Virus record (IMG/VR): IMGVR_UViG_3300021400_000932
DNA from: a virus
Taxonomy: Duplodnaviria; Heunggongvirae; Uroviricota; Caudoviricetes
DNA length: 64,000 nt
Strand: one strand, 5' to 3'
This document shows positions 50,901 through 61,619 of this stretch, in pieces. The notes under the pieces are model-generated. The model did no database searches, was not told the origin of the DNA, and saw only the letters and a program-made list of their open reading frames with translations. A program made the position numbers and the translations under genes. Every line of letters starts with the position of its first letter. Within the stretch, counting starts at the first letter, position 1.

Positions 50901-51923
50901 TTACTTCCTCTTTGAATTACAGAGGTATGTAATAGCTACCTCTTGCAGATAATTTGTTGTTTTGAGTTCGTGGTTCATCTTAATAAGAACATTAGCCAAA
51001 CGCAAACACAAAGTAGCATGCGCACTACCATACTTAGAAATTTTATCCTGGTAGTATGCCGGTATCATAGTCTTGTTAATATCTTGAAGAAAGATATATT
51101 TTACAATCTGACACACAAATGAATGAAATCCCTCAAACCACCGAACAAAATTTGTTCCCGAATCATATATGTCATTGATAACTCCGATTACCGCTGCATC
51201 ATCTTTCTTTGCGACACCATTCAACAATACGAAGTAATCATCATAGTTAGGCAAATCAAGTGCAACCGAAAGATTCTCTAAGGTGATTTCAGATGAATAT
51301 GCTAAAGCTCTATCCAACAACTGAATGGAAGCTCGCATACCACCTTTACCCAACTTAGCAATATAACGCAGCGCATTTTCATCATAATGAATGTTTTTAC
51401 CCTCTGCTATTTCGCTATCACAGATATATTTCAGTCTGTTAGTAATTCCATCCAAACTAATTTTAGATAATCTGAATGTCTGCACTCTCGACAAAATTGT
51501 TTCCGGTATCTTCTCAGGGTTGGTGGTACAGAAAATAAATACCGATTTAGCCGGACTTTCTTCCAACACCTTTAGCGCAGCCTGCCAAGCCGCCTTGGAA
51601 AGAGCATGTACTTCATCAAGAATAAACACTTTCCATTTTGTTCCGACAGGATATTGTTGAGCCTGCACTACTATGTTTCGCATATCCTCTACACCGCTAT
51701 TCGATGCAGCATCCAGTTCTATCGGTTCACCCTTACCATCATTAAGGATATTACCAATAACACGAGCAATAGTAGTCTTGCCGATACCGGCGGCACCAAC
51801 AAACAAGAAGTTCCTATTTGTCAAAGTAGGCTGACTACAAATGTTTTTAACTATATCTATAACAGCCGCTTGTTCTGTAATATCATCGAAAGATTTTGGT
51901 CGATATTTTGTTGCAAGATTCAT
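50901..51923 (-). CDS. clamp loader ATPase (DnaX gamma/tau N-terminal-like / RFC large-type)
   Basis: FLFVGAAGIGKTTIARVIG, ILDEVHALS, ILSRVQTF sensor motif. Confidence 0.7.
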   Translation of the reverse strand: MNLATKYRPKSFDDITEQAAVIDIVKNICSQPTLTNRNFLFVGAAGIGKTTIARVIGNILNDGKGEPIELDAASNSGVEDMRNIVVQAQQYPVGTKWKVFILDEVHALSKAAWQAALKVLEESPAKSVFIFCTTNPEKIPETILSRVQTFRLSKISLDGITNRLKYICDSEIAEGKNIHYDENALRYIAKLGKGGMRASIQLLDRALAYSSEITLENLSVALDLPNYDDYFVLLNGVAKKDDAAVIGVINDIYDSGTNFVRWFEGFHSFVCQIVKYIFLQDINKTMIPAYYQDKISKYGSAHATLCLRLANVLIKMNHELKTTNYLQEVAITYLCNSKRK

Positions 51924-51968
51924 TTACTCGCACCCCCACACCTTATATAAACGATTCTTGTTGGCAAA

Positions 51969-52793
51969 TTACCACTCTTTACACTTCTTAAAATATGGAC
52001 ATCTTGAAGAACTGCACCACACATCACCGCTCGGTAGTTTTGGCGGAGCGATACAAGCATCAGCTAGTTTCTGAACCTCTGAGAACATATTCCATGTTTC
52101 AATCATCTGCGGGTAAGATACCTCTATCTCAAAACACTTGATATTGCCATACTGTCTATCCTGATATACAAACAATACCTTGTGTACTTTTAGAACAGTA
52201 GCATAACCAATAGCTTGTTCAACATGCTGAGGTTTTGGTTCAGTAAGAGAGTCAAAACTACTGTAATCGGAAGTTTTAATCTCGATTAGATAGTATTCAC
52301 CATTAATTTTAATAAGACCATCGCAAGAAAATCTAATGGGTGGACTAACTATCTCTACCTGCGTCTCAAATTCTGTTTTATTTACTGTGTATTCATAGTC
52401 TGGATTCAATTCAGATAAATAATCCTCAACATCTATCCAATTATCACCGTACATCTCAGATAGATTTGATTGGATTATCTTATGACAAGCTGTTCCTACA
52501 TCTGCAGTAAAATTTAGTGTTAAATCCGGTGCTTCATCTTTGTCCGGTAAAACACCTCTGAGCCTAAACCAAGAGATGCGCCTACAGCGAATGTAGCTCA
52601 TGGCGAAAGTCCTGTGTTTAGGCTCTAGGCTTTTAGCACGTATTTTGTTTGTTACAAAATTATTATAATCAGATAAAAATTTGTAGCTTGTCTGTGAATT
52701 GAATGAAACTATGCGATTTAATCCTGCCGGTCTAAACCCCATAGTCCACCCCTTAGTTGCTAAAGGGTGCCAGCACAACGGACATAGTATCAT
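51969..52793 (-). CDS. PD-(D/E)xK exonuclease with C-terminal Cys cluster (Cas4/RecB-nuclease-like)
   Basis: DGLIKINGEYYLIEIKTSD (D...ExK) and C-terminal CSSSRCPYFKKC plus N-terminal CPLC cysteines. Confidence 0.55.
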   Translation of the reverse strand: MILCPLCWHPLATKGWTMGFRPAGLNRIVSFNSQTSYKFLSDYNNFVTNKIRAKSLEPKHRTFAMSYIRCRRISWFRLRGVLPDKDEAPDLTLNFTADVGTACHKIIQSNLSEMYGDNWIDVEDYLSELNPDYEYTVNKTEFETQVEIVSPPIRFSCDGLIKINGEYYLIEIKTSDYSSFDSLTEPKPQHVEQAIGYATVLKVHKVLFVYQDRQYGNIKCFEIEVSYPQMIETWNMFSEVQKLADACIAPPKLPSGDVWCSSSRCPYFKKCKEW

Positions 52794-53874
52794 CGCTGAA
52801 TACTACTCCATCTACCACCGAACCGGTCTCTTCATCGAACTTCGGAGCAATTCTAACAGATGCATCGAAACGAGAAAGAACCTGCCTTAAATCACCAGAC
52901 TTAAATGTGCAACTCCAAGGTGCATCCACTTCGGTCTCTGTCGGAATTTCCTTCTTACCCTTGTTTTCCTCAATAATGATGCACTTATCGGCAATAGTCA
53001 TAGACACAGGACTATCGGAAGATGCGGCCAAGAGAGAAGTCTGTGACAAGAACTTGCGAAGTTCTGCTGTAGTGACAAGAACACCATCATTGGACGGGGT
53101 AAGTGCATAGAAGATTACCTCATGATGATATTCACCGACACCCTCATCTGCTTCATACTCAGGGGTAAATTCCGTAAGATAGTCATAACCATCGGTTGAT
53201 AAGTGAATAAGATATGAGCTCGGCAACTTGATTAGTTCCGCACCTTCAGGAAGAGCGGCGAACAGATTAACAATAGTCGAAAGCAACAGACAGGTATCTG
53301 CCAATGCACCTTTCTTGGAATGGGTGAAGATACCTTTATCCACGTCACCAACAAGAACATCACCGTCAGCACCAACCCAAACTCGTGTATAGATTGGATG
53401 CTTCAACTCAGTAGCAAGCGCAAATAGCTGGTGGTCTCTTACAAACTTCCAACTCTCCGTATCAATGGCGGTCGAAACATACTGCTGTGTAAAGGTTTTA
53501 GGATTAGCAGGAACGCCGAAAGAAGAATCTGCATCATCAGACATCTGAGCCAGCTTAAATTTCGACTTTCCGGAATGCATAATTACTCCGCCCTGCACAA
53601 ACTCAATGGTGGTGACATCCGCATCGAAAGTGGTTACAAGGTTGCGGAATGTAATGCTGTCCAAGATGACAGATACTGGACCAACCTCATCGCCAGAACC
53701 ATGCAGGGTCAGTTCTGTCACAATTCTCGATGCTTCGATATTGATTTTCAATGCGGATTCAGTTGCGGTCAGCTTTACAACTCGGCTGCGACTTACAAAC
53801 TGAGAGATATTACTTTTGATAATACCTAACTCGATGGCTGTCTTCAAAGGCTTTGTACTACATGTGAATTTCAT
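52753..53874 (-). CDS. dnaN: DNA polymerase sliding clamp (beta-clamp/DnaN-like)
   Basis: 373 aa; N-terminal MKFTCSTKPLKTAIELG resembles the DnaN start; located between clamp loader and polymerase. Confidence 0.6.
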   Translation of the reverse strand: MKFTCSTKPLKTAIELGIIKSNISQFVSRSRVVKLTATESALKINIEASRIVTELTLHGSGDEVGPVSVILDSITFRNLVTTFDADVTTIEFVQGGVIMHSGKSKFKLAQMSDDADSSFGVPANPKTFTQQYVSTAIDTESWKFVRDHQLFALATELKHPIYTRVWVGADGDVLVGDVDKGIFTHSKKGALADTCLLLSTIVNLFAALPEGAELIKLPSSYLIHLSTDGYDYLTEFTPEYEADEGVGEYHHEVIFYALTPSNDGVLVTTAELRKFLSQTSLLAASSDSPVSMTIADKCIIIEENKGKKEIPTETEVDAPWSCTFKSGDLRQVLSRFDASVRIAPKFDEETGSVVDGVVFSDDTMSVVLAPFSN

Positions 53875-53901
53875 TGGTATTTCTCCTTTTGGTATATAAA
53901 T

Positions 53902-56799
53902 TTAATTTTTGTTGTGATTGGATGGTAGCTTAGGCTTAACATATCCACGCTCAACCCTCTGCTGAATGTCAGAAATGAAATCAGATTTCGGTATATTGAA
54001 CCTCACACAATAGTCATCTATGCTATCCGACAATTCTTGTGTCCATATACCATTGACGCCATGGGCAGCATCACCTCTCGGCTTCTCGCCATTTTCATCA
54101 TTAAACAATGGCAACACATATTCCATTTCGCAAATATGTGCTTGCACCCACTTAATATTGTCTTCCGACATATTATCTAACGATTCCGGTTTTTGATGCT
54201 TGTATGCGATAGAATTTACACTCAACCCATACCACCTATAAGTTATCTCCAAGTCGCAGTTGATGGCAAATGGTAAGAAACTACCGGCATTAACCATACA
54301 GTCAGTAAGAACCTTGCCGGCTTCTTCTGCATACTCCGCAGGAACTTCAGCTATCAGCTCGTCATGTACAGGAACAAGGAATCTACCACCAAACCTCTGC
54401 CAATCCTTATTATTGATTAGACTAATAATAGCCATTTTTGTTAGTTCGGATGCACTGCCCTGAATAATTGAGTTAACGCACTCTCGTGAGGCATCATTGA
54501 TTTTAGACCGATTGTCTATAACCTTGATATGTTCTTCATACAATTCATTGTTTCTTCTGTATCGCTGACCGTTGTATTTGAATGAAGCATACTCTTTTGT
54601 CAGAGCATCAACAATCCTTGCAGGAATAACCTCTTTGTTATGAAGAGTAGATGGGTCTAATGGGTCAATATCTGGATTAACATATCCAGCCATAGGTTCA
54701 AAAGCGAATGGGGGTAACATCATATCCGGAATATGGCGACGTCTGCCTAAAATGGTTTCCACATAGCCTTTTTGCTTGGCAGTAGCCTGTGCAGAAATCA
54801 TTAACTGACGAAGATTAGGAAAAGCAGCCATAACGGAATCATATACCTTTTGGGCTTCTTTGGTCTTTTCATCATCAGACATTGTATCGTCACTACCAAA
54901 CAACTGTTCTGCGATTGATGGGATTGAACGACCGTAGCTGACGCCGAGTACGATGCTTTTTGCTTGCGTTCTCCTTGCCTTACCCTCTTTTTGATATTCA
55001 CCCGTCACAGGATGATTCTCCAAGCACTCTTCATAAGGAACATTAAAAGCTATACTTGCGATAGTAGAATAAATGTCCTTACCTTCAGAAAATGCTTTAA
55101 TCATTGCGGGGTCTTTTGCTACAAACCCAAGAATTTTGGGTTCCTGCTGTGAGTAATCACTGCCGATAAGAACATATGGTGGTGTTCTGTGCCGTAAGAC
55201 ATAATGAATATCGGATGACACCTCATCCGCTCCTATGTAAACATAAGCATTGGGTTCATTTATAACTTTTGACTTTACAGGGAAATATCGTATCGGGGCA
55301 TTTGTTTTATTACCCAACCGAATTTCCACCAAGTCACCGCAGACAAGATTCTTTACTTGTTTCTCTTCACCAGATTCAAGATAAACTACTGAAAGGAGAT
55401 TCAATTCAATTCTCAGCATAGTTCCCTCAATAGTACACTCTCCGTCAGTTTCCATCTCAGGTGTTGCCCTAAACATATGTCTTATGTCTGTATGCTTACT
55501 TGGGATATTTTGGAGATTCGGGGATTGGGAACTCATACGACCGGTAGCTGCACCGATGGATTTGAATGATGCGTGAATTCTGTTGTCGCTTGCTACGGAA
55601 TTAGGGAGTTTTTCAGTAAAGGTTCCTATAAGGGTAGACAAACTCCTAACCTTCAGAAGTTGTTTGGCTTCCGGCATATTGATTTCACCGACAACTTCTT
55701 TTCCTGTTGGTTTCTTACCCTTATTCTTACCAACGGTAGGAACAGGGACCTGCATTAAGGTGTATAATAAATATTTAGTGTGTACTACACTGTCCGGATT
55801 GAAGTCTGCACCGGTTTTGAATGGTCTTGCCGAATTGTTTGGTATATCCATCTCGTCAATGAGTTTTTGAACCATATCTCGCATAGTAGCAAGTTCTTTT
55901 TCATAATACTCATTGTATCGCTTTGTAATGTATGAAGCTACATCCTTTTCGATATACATTCCCGTTCTGTGCAGTTCGGCACAGGCTTTAATCATGGGAA
56001 TCTCAATACCCCATACGATATCAGCAATATGTTCAAGATGGTGGCTTATACACTTAGGGTTAGTCTTAGTAACATATGGTAACTGCCACAGAAACAGTTC
56101 ATAAGTAATCCTAGCATCATTGGCCGCATACAGCTTTGCAACATCCGGCTTGCAGTATGGAAAAGTCTTGGCATCAAAAAAGTCAGAGAATTTCTTGGGG
56201 TCACCCTCACCCTTTAACACATACTTGGAATACAGTTGTTTCAATCCATTATGCGGTTCATTTTCTTTGATAACTCTCCAAGCCAAGATTACATCATAAT
56301 AACAAGCAGGGATAAAATCTACTTTGTAATCTTTGTAAAGCATCGCAATATCATAATCCGCATTTGCAAAGATACATTTTACTTTATTATCAACAAGCCG
56401 TTGGAATTCTTCTTGACATTCCGCATAGGATAACTGATTAGACCTGTAGTTTTCCATTATAGGAACCTTGTGGAAGTTTGGAATATAACATTCAACACCG
56501 CCAGGGTAATACAGGGATGAACCAACAATAGTATCTGACACTTTATCCAGACCTGTGGTTTCCGTATCTATTCCGGCATACCCAGCATCTATACATCCGT
56601 CAATATACTCATGTAGCTGTTCCTTGGAAGTGATAAGAATTGCTTCGGAATCCTTAAAGTACTCCCTTACTGTTTCTTCCATAGCGGCTATTTTATCAAC
56701 CGTACTGTTGGAAATGGCTGGTTTTGTTGCTAACTTCTGCTTGCTTTTGGCCGCTACCGCATCTATTGCCGCCATAGAAGCCGAATCAAACAAAGCCAT
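53902..56799 (-). CDS. polA: family A DNA polymerase with 3'-5' exonuclease domain
   Basis: Exo I GIDTETTGLD, Exo II FANADYD; motif A DYSQQEPKIL, motif B RRTQAKSIVLGVSYG, motif C LVPVHDEL. Confidence 0.85.
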   Translation of the reverse strand: MALFDSASMAAIDAVAAKSKQKLATKPAISNSTVDKIAAMEETVREYFKDSEAILITSKEQLHEYIDGCIDAGYAGIDTETTGLDKVSDTIVGSSLYYPGGVECYIPNFHKVPIMENYRSNQLSYAECQEEFQRLVDNKVKCIFANADYDIAMLYKDYKVDFIPACYYDVILAWRVIKENEPHNGLKQLYSKYVLKGEGDPKKFSDFFDAKTFPYCKPDVAKLYAANDARITYELFLWQLPYVTKTNPKCISHHLEHIADIVWGIEIPMIKACAELHRTGMYIEKDVASYITKRYNEYYEKELATMRDMVQKLIDEMDIPNNSARPFKTGADFNPDSVVHTKYLLYTLMQVPVPTVGKNKGKKPTGKEVVGEINMPEAKQLLKVRSLSTLIGTFTEKLPNSVASDNRIHASFKSIGAATGRMSSQSPNLQNIPSKHTDIRHMFRATPEMETDGECTIEGTMLRIELNLLSVVYLESGEEKQVKNLVCGDLVEIRLGNKTNAPIRYFPVKSKVINEPNAYVYIGADEVSSDIHYVLRHRTPPYVLIGSDYSQQEPKILGFVAKDPAMIKAFSEGKDIYSTIASIAFNVPYEECLENHPVTGEYQKEGKARRTQAKSIVLGVSYGRSIPSIAEQLFGSDDTMSDDEKTKEAQKVYDSVMAAFPNLRQLMISAQATAKQKGYVETILGRRRHIPDMMLPPFAFEPMAGYVNPDIDPLDPSTLHNKEVIPARIVDALTKEYASFKYNGQRYRRNNELYEEHIKVIDNRSKINDASRECVNSIIQGSASELTKMAIISLINNKDWQRFGGRFLVPVHDELIAEVPAEYAEEAGKVLTDCMVNAGSFLPFAINCDLEITYRWYGLSVNSIAYKHQKPESLDNMSEDNIKWVQAHICEMEYVLPLFNDENGEKPRGDAAHGVNGIWTQELSDSIDDYCVRFNIPKSDFISDIQQRVERGYVKPKLPSNHNKN

Positions 56800-56825
56800 A
56801 TCTAATAACCACCTTTACAATAGAA

Positions 56826-56868
56826 ATAAAGGGCAAGACTTCTGTTGATAGGAAGACCTTGCCCTTGA
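56826..56868 (-). terminator. probable intrinsic terminator after the SSB gene
   Basis: GGGCAAG...CTTGCCC 7-bp stem followed (minus-strand sense) by a TTTATTTCTATT tract. Confidence 0.45.
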
Positions 56869-56881
56869 TGTTTATGACAGA

Positions 56882-57727
56882 TTAAAACCCAACATTGTCG
56901 GGAATGTCATCCCCTAAACCGAGTGCATCAATGTCCACGTCATCCATACTTGGCAGACCAACCTTACCGGCAGTAGGAACATCCATAACCTCAGCCGAAA
57001 AAGAAGCGGGGACGGGTGCTGCGGGAACTGTTGGAGCAGGTGCAATAGGTGCAACATATTGCGGAGCACTCACAATCGGAACAGCACTCTCAGGCGGAAC
57101 TGCATTCGACTGGTGTACGGTTCTCGGAGTCGCACCGTATGTCTGTCGCGGAGAAGTATTCTGAGAACTCTGCTGTAAGAGGATTCTGCGGAGCTCTGTT
57201 GCCGAATAGTCTTTGCAGATAATATCATAGGACTCCGGAAGAGAAATCTTATACTTGGCCATAATGTCATCATATGGACCAACAAGATTTTCTTCGAGTA
57301 CATTGATTGTATATCTTGTACCACGGTCGTTGGGAACTCCATAACGAGTAATACGGAAAATAAATCCGGACGGGTCGGGATAGTTCTTGAACACATCGTT
57401 CATGAGCTGTGCCTGGAACTTAGTAGACCTATCCCAGAACTGAATCTTCGGTCCCTTGAAATCGGGGTCGGAATGAGAAAGCACCAGCATCGGAATGAAA
57501 AGGTTTGTCTGGACGCGAATACCCTTTTCGCAAGCAGGGCAACCATCTTCCAAACACTGGACATATCCGTTGTACTCCGCCGACTTAACATAGTGGGTGT
57601 CCGCAATCAGAACATCTGCGGTGCTACGATATAGGAAGATTACATCCGCATAGTCCTGGTCATTGACCAGTCTAAAGGAGTTTCCGTATCTCTGTTCGTT
57701 GTATTCTGTCATTTTCTTGAATGCCAT
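56882..57727 (-). CDS. ssDNA-binding protein, T4 gp32-like (zinc-binding) with acidic C-terminal tail
   Basis: H...CLEDGCPAC zinc motif (gp32-type His/Cys3) and C-terminal DIDALGLGDDIPDNVGF acidic tail. Confidence 0.55.
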   Translation of the reverse strand: MAFKKMTEYNEQRYGNSFRLVNDQDYADVIFLYRSTADVLIADTHYVKSAEYNGYVQCLEDGCPACEKGIRVQTNLFIPMLVLSHSDPDFKGPKIQFWDRSTKFQAQLMNDVFKNYPDPSGFIFRITRYGVPNDRGTRYTINVLEENLVGPYDDIMAKYKISLPESYDIICKDYSATELRRILLQQSSQNTSPRQTYGATPRTVHQSNAVPPESAVPIVSAPQYVAPIAPAPTVPAAPVPASFSAEVMDVPTAGKVGLPSMDDVDIDALGLGDDIPDNVGF

Positions 57728-57884
57728 AAATCCACTCTCCTTAAAAATCTTTGTGTTTTGATATGTTTTAGGTGACAGTCGGCATATCTACTCTGTCACA
57801 TATTATATAACGATTGTGTATTTCAGATTGTACACAAAAATGGCGGTTTTGCAAAAATTAGTAATTGGTAATTTTTTCCTTATT

Positions 57885-58241
57885 TTACCAGCTCAGTTCA
57901 TCCATCTTTGCACCGCAATGTGGACAATAGTTTGGTACATCCCCATCGGCTAACAGTTGGTTAGCTTCTGAAGTAGATTCACAACCGGTATAAAAAGAAT
58001 GTCCACATACTGAACAGTCAAGATATTCATATTCGGTAACGAACCAATGACCATGCTTATGACCATCTTCGTCCTTATGATTTTCGATAATCAGTCGGCC
58101 ATCCATTTCCTTGAAAGCCCTATCGGCTTTATCATATTCATCATAGGCACCATAAAACCAAAGTTGCCCCTCAACCAGAGTTGCCACTACGTACTTGTAG
58201 TGATTTGCATACTCAGGAATATTATTGATTTTAACATTCAT
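57885..58241 (-). CDS. zinc-ribbon protein
   Basis: CSVCGH...CPHCG. Confidence 0.45.
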   Translation of the reverse strand: MNVKINNIPEYANHYKYVVATLVEGQLWFYGAYDEYDKADRAFKEMDGRLIIENHKDEDGHKHGHWFVTEYEYLDCSVCGHSFYTGCESTSEANQLLADGDVPNYCPHCGAKMDELSW

Positions 58242-58262
58242 AATTTACCTCCCGCGCTTTTA

Positions 58263-59330
58263 TCAACCTGCTACATAAAAGTAATCGACTTCTTGTGCAT
58301 CTGTTCCGTCATCGACCCAGTGCGCCTTAATGGGCTCACCGGAATTCTTGAGTTTGAACATCATGTCCTTATAGCTATCGGATGTTACAGCAAAAGTTCT
58401 GATAGCATCCTCTACCCGTAACTTAGAAGTCTTGCAGAGATGTGCATAGATTTCTGCACTAATCTTGGGCTTTTTGCGAAGAGGTGCAGGAATGAGGTCT
58501 TCTTCGGTAGCGGGAATGAGGTCGGTGCCAAGAAATACTTCCTTGTATTTCTCTAACTTCACACGAAGGTCTTTGATGATTCTTTCGAAATCTCTGCGAG
58601 ATACGGAAACCGGAAGCAGCGGATTGTCGGGATTCTCATTGATAACCTTATCGCGAGCTTTACCAAGACTTTCGCCATTCAACAGATACTGGATAACCTT
58701 TTCATACTTATGGCACTTCAGAACAGCCTTGCTGTCATCTGTCGGATTTCCGTCCTTATCTTTGGGGATGAACAGCTCTTCGATTTCTGCCCAGAATTCT
58801 TCTTTCTCGGCATCAGCAACCACATCAATCTCTACATTGTGGTTGGTATCAACAACAGAGTCGAATAAATCGAACTCTCCATCGGTTGCATCTGTTGCGA
58901 TGTTGGAAACCTCAAATCTTGGTCTAAGCTGAGCGGACTTGGTGCGACGCAGGCAACTCATAGAGTTCCAAGACACAGAATAGATGTACTTGCTGGTATA
59001 TCTATTCGGATTGTCCTTGATTTTCTCCACATTCTTTTCGAGATACTGAAGAACACACTCGATGCCATCTTCCTCATCTACGCCATCGCCTTTAGCAGAG
59101 TTCCACGCCGCCTTGACATGAGGATAGAAATTAACAAAAAGAGCCGCAGACTTATAAGAGTCAGGAATAGCCATCCATGACTCATAGCTCAGCGACTCAT
59201 TGTCATTATCAATACCGAGGATGTTGGCAAACATTTTCTTAGTAGCAAAAAACTGTGACATAGTAACTCTCCTTTTGGATTCTTGATATGCTTTGGATTT
59301 TGATATGATAATGTCGGATTTCTTTTTCAA
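58263..59330 (-). CDS. hypothetical protein
   Basis: 355-aa ORF. Confidence 0.5.
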   Translation of the reverse strand: MKKKSDIIISKSKAYQESKRRVTMSQFFATKKMFANILGIDNDNESLSYESWMAIPDSYKSAALFVNFYPHVKAAWNSAKGDGVDEEDGIECVLQYLEKNVEKIKDNPNRYTSKYIYSVSWNSMSCLRRTKSAQLRPRFEVSNIATDATDGEFDLFDSVVDTNHNVEIDVVADAEKEEFWAEIEELFIPKDKDGNPTDDSKAVLKCHKYEKVIQYLLNGESLGKARDKVINENPDNPLLPVSVSRRDFERIIKDLRVKLEKYKEVFLGTDLIPATEEDLIPAPLRKKPKISAEIYAHLCKTSKLRVEDAIRTFAVTSDSYKDMMFKLKNSGEPIKAHWVDDGTDAQEVDYFYVAG

Positions 59331-59419
59331 ACCTTCATTATGGTACTATTATAGCGTATCATAAGAAAAAGTCAATAGTTATTGCCATTAGAACGGTAAT
59401 TGTAATAGTTTTGTTACTT

Positions 59420-60640
59420 TTAGCTCGTAAACCTGAGATAGTCGGTATACTCAATTTGGAATTTTCTTGCGATTACTCTTGCGGTGCTGTTGTTCAGCGG
59501 CCGGTTTGAAGCCACAGACAGCGTTAATGGTTTCTTGTTAGTATCAGCAAAGGTAATTACAAAGATTAGTTGGTATCCAACTTCATTGCCCTTAGTGTTC
59601 TCTCGGACATCAAAATCAATGTCAATATCAGCAATCTCCGGAAACATAGAGAAGATAATATTCTTCACTTCGAACATCTTTCTCTGGTTTCTTCGATTTA
59701 ATGCATTCAACCACTCAGAGTTTTCGATACATTGCTTTCTTTCCTTACGAATGAAGTATGACCAAAAATCCCTGTTCGGAATTGCATCATCTTCTTTGAT
59801 GCTTTCGGTCGCAGCCACATAGGTAGCACCTTGCTGAAACATCGACCACAGCTTTGCATATACCCCGCGACCAACATCAAGCTGAGTAGCCTCAAAAATC
59901 GGAGAACTCTCATGTTCCTCAGTGAGATATTCCTGTATAGGCATATGATAGTACTGCTGACCATCTTTTGCCTTATAGAAATAATCTACCTCAGTATTAT
60001 CAGACTCAGGGTCACGGCAGATAGAAATATCGGAAATTCTTCTCGACCGATAGATGCTGGTAACGAAAGTGTAAATGACATCTCTCCAGTTGAATCCAAC
60101 AGAACTGATTCTTACCCACAAGGAGTTAGAACCCTTTACACTATTCAGCTTACCACCAATACGAACTCGGCAGAACTGCTGATTGATAGACCTACGGATT
60201 TTTAGACAAATATCATCAAACTCTTCGATTAAAATTCTGTCGATAAACTCATATAGAGTATCAACATCATTGAAATTATTAGCTGCGATATGAATTTTAA
60301 CTAACTCATCTCCGGTGAGAGGATAAGCAAAATGATACGGAAGTTCATTTGGAAGATTTCTGATAGCATCAATGATATCTTCCTCAGTATCATCATATTT
60401 TACCTTGTCCTCTAAACAAAGAGCAAGCCACGCATCTATCACATACTGAGATAATTGCTTATCAGCAGAATTAGTTTTCAGCAAGAATGCTGCTACCTCT
60501 GCCTCGGAAGATAAGTCCCCATCCCCCATAGCATACAAATGTACCTGCACAGGGAATGCTTTACCATCTTGTCTTAAATGCCATGCATTTGCCACAGTAT
60601 CACCTCTATTAACACTGAGTTCGATTCTCATATAAGGCAT
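59420..60640 (-). CDS. hypothetical protein
   Basis: 406-aa ORF. Confidence 0.5.
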   Translation of the reverse strand: MPYMRIELSVNRGDTVANAWHLRQDGKAFPVQVHLYAMGDGDLSSEAEVAAFLLKTNSADKQLSQYVIDAWLALCLEDKVKYDDTEEDIIDAIRNLPNELPYHFAYPLTGDELVKIHIAANNFNDVDTLYEFIDRILIEEFDDICLKIRRSINQQFCRVRIGGKLNSVKGSNSLWVRISSVGFNWRDVIYTFVTSIYRSRRISDISICRDPESDNTEVDYFYKAKDGQQYYHMPIQEYLTEEHESSPIFEATQLDVGRGVYAKLWSMFQQGATYVAATESIKEDDAIPNRDFWSYFIRKERKQCIENSEWLNALNRRNQRKMFEVKNIIFSMFPEIADIDIDFDVRENTKGNEVGYQLIFVITFADTNKKPLTLSVASNRPLNNSTARVIARKFQIEYTDYLRFTS

Positions 60641-61619
60641 CGAACTCTTCCTTTTCTAAATCATTTACATCTTTGCCATCCGGCACATGAACAGTCCAGA
60701 CTACAGCCACACCTCGCAAAGCCTTTCTGAGCTTGGCAGATGCACGACGTCCGGCATCATCACCATCAAGACAAAGAATAAACTCCCTTGCACCAAGTCT
60801 TTGCAGTTGCTTGATTTGCATTGAGTTTCCTGTACCCATCAAAGCTACGCAATTATAACCCCAACTCGTTGCGGTCAAAGCATTGATGCAACTTTCCATT
60901 ATGCAAACAGAAGATACATTCTTTGGAAGTTCATAAATCCCATATAGTGGTTTTTGTACTCCGGATGGGTAGTGATAAAATTTATGTTCAATCGCCCTAC
61001 GGCAGAAAAACAATGTTCTGCCTTGCGAATCCCTAACAGGAAATGTTATGCAAGCTATCGGTTTCTTTCTTCCTTCAGGTAGAAATTCTGGGTCAAAGCC
61101 GATATCATACTTCGCTATGATTTCATCGGTCAACTTTCGTTCATACATATAATCAACTGTGTATCTATACTTAGCCAACTCTTCCTCAGAAACATACTGG
61201 ATTTTGTTTCGATTAGCCAATTCCGACAGTTGTTTCAATGCTAATGTGTTTTGTGTGTTTATGGATATTCTGATATTGTCAGGAATCAGGTGTTCGGTTG
61301 ATGCATCTGGCGGTGTAAATCCTGGCACATTCTCAACCAACCATTGCATACCATCAGAACTTATACCCCTCTGTTTTAGAATTAAGGTTAAGACTTCCGG
61401 CAATGACTTAGCCAAATGGCAAGTAAAGCAGTGGAACATGCCTTGACTATATTTTTTACCGTTTCGGTAGATGTCATGCAAAAGCACACCGCAAGATGGT
61501 TTTCGTTCTTGACCATCGGAATGAATAGGACAATAGATTTGATAGTAGTCTCCGGAAACTTTGCTTAATCTCACCAAACCATGAGATTGCATTACTTCCA
61601 GTATCTGTTCTACATCCAT
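60609..61619 (-). CDS. dnaG: DnaG-like DNA primase (zinc-finger + TOPRIM)
   Basis: YCPIHSDGQERKPSCGV (CHC2-type Zn finger); TOPRIM ESCINAL...LCLDGDDAGRRA. Confidence 0.7.
   Translation of the reverse strand: MDVEQILEVMQSHGLVRLSKVSGDYYQIYCPIHSDGQERKPSCGVLLHDIYRNGKKYSQGMFHCFTCHLAKSLPEVLTLILKQRGISSDGMQWLVENVPGFTPPDASTEHLIPDNIRISINTQNTLALKQLSELANRNKIQYVSEEELAKYRYTVDYMYERKLTDEIIAKYDIGFDPEFLPEGRKKPIACITFPVRDSQGRTLFFCRRAIEHKFYHYPSGVQKPLYGIYELPKNVSSVCIMESCINALTATSWGYNCVALMGTGNSMQIKQLQRLGAREFILCLDGDDAGRRASAKLRKALRGVAVVWTVHVPDGKDVNDLEKEEFDALYENRTQC

Noticed and set aside
55210-55467. PolA insertion considered as a second intein
   Set aside because: It has no N-terminal Cys/Ser splice junction and no terminal His-Asn, so it is more likely an inserted subdomain.
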